A DNA stretch of 64,000 nt from the human T2T-CHM13v2.0 reference genome, Homo sapiens. Location: the NCBI RefSeq assembly GCF_009914755.1, contig NC_060939.1. One strand, given 5' to 3'. Shown here piece after piece: positions 63,103 through 64,000 of this stretch (position 1 is its first letter; the number at the start of each line of letters is the position of its first letter). The position numbers were made by a program, and so were the translations under genes. The notes beneath the pieces are model-generated. The model did no database searches and was not told where the DNA came from. It saw nothing but the letters and a program-made list of their open reading frames with translations.

Positions 63103-63891
63103 ATACTGTCACTAAGATAACTCAAGAGACAAAAACTCCAATCAGTATTTGTATTTTATTGTCCAACTAAGAAAGACTCAGAACTGATAACTCTGGGTGA
63201 TGGGACTTGGGATATTTACTGATTTTGTCATGGTTAAATCATTGTGCTTCATTGATGCAACAGAGAACTAACTATGCATGATTTGCCTTTCTTAAGCCTG
63301 GCTATGAGGAAGTCAGACCTCACAAAACAGTCTCCTCAGAGAATCCTCTACTCTGAAATACAAAAACTATCATTCATCATTTTATAGAAATAAAGAACGA
63401 GGAGTCCCTCAGCAAATGATAATTCCACATGGTAACACAGGCCCATGTAGTGGAAGGGATCAGGGCAGGACCCCAGGAGAATTATCTAATTCAAGTCCTG
63501 TGATGAAATTGTCCAGCTTCCCTGTGTTAAATGGAGATGATACAAACACCAAAAAGCTGCATAGTTATGAAAAAGTATTTAAAAAAAAAACCTGAAGTCC
63601 TCTATTAACATGTAGTTTGACTGACAATTTATGACCAAAACAGACAATGTTAAGTAAAGGTTTGGAAGGATCTAGATCCACACCTATCTTTTAAGAAATT
63701 ATTCCTGGCACAGGCAAGAATCTTGCCCCAGATTAAAAAAAAAAATCTCATAGAAAAATCAAAAATAGCCATTTAAAGTATTAGAATCAAAAGTCACAAA
63801 AGATAGCTCCTTCTTAAGAGGGGTAGACTAGTTCATATTTTCTCCATGGTTGCGAGAGAAGCAACACAAAATATAAAGATTTAAACTCCTT

Positions 63892-63896
<5 letters not shown>

Positions 63897-63934
<38 letters not shown>
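63897..63934. repeat. Poly(A)38 mononucleotide tract
   Basis: 38 uninterrupted A. Confidence 0.95.
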
Positions 63935-63936
<2 letters not shown>

Positions 63937-64000
63937 GGAACAAAACGATGAAAAAACAACGTGCCACAGACCGTTAGAAAAAGTGTATGGTGATGAAAAC

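Overview
Human (or very close great-ape) genomic DNA lying entirely inside the ALDH1A2 (RALDH2, retinaldehyde dehydrogenase 2) gene, which runs on the minus strand. Coding exons 2 (16484-16588), 3 (16165-16305) and 4 (12956-13085) have canonical GT-AG boundaries. A short alternative coding exon (60316-60412, encoding MKNQCETVWLKSPIKLKL) lies in intron 1. Canonical exon 1 and exon 5 fall outside the window. The supplied ORF track calls none of these exons; its ORFs are L1/Alu remnants or chance ORFs. The rest is intron: a nested ~12-kb L1 complex (23.5-35.5 kb), truncated L1s with visible target-site duplications (TSDs), Alus, MaLR LTRs, Tigger/hAT DNA-transposon fossils, MIR/L2 relics, and repeat-free blocks rich in PBX-HOX/MEIS/TCF/CDX motifs. 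Main leads: (1) inverted Alus bracket phase-0 exons 2+3, predicting a 246-nt stop-free circRNA; (2) a full-length L1 looks like an L1PA6-body/L1PA3-tail chimera beside a ~1.5-kb deletion; (3) its antisense promoter/ORF0 points at exon 2; (4) a double-hairpin template-switch scar sits in another L1. I found no wholly new biological system. Repeat subfamily names are recognised from memory and need Dfam/RepeatMasker confirmation.
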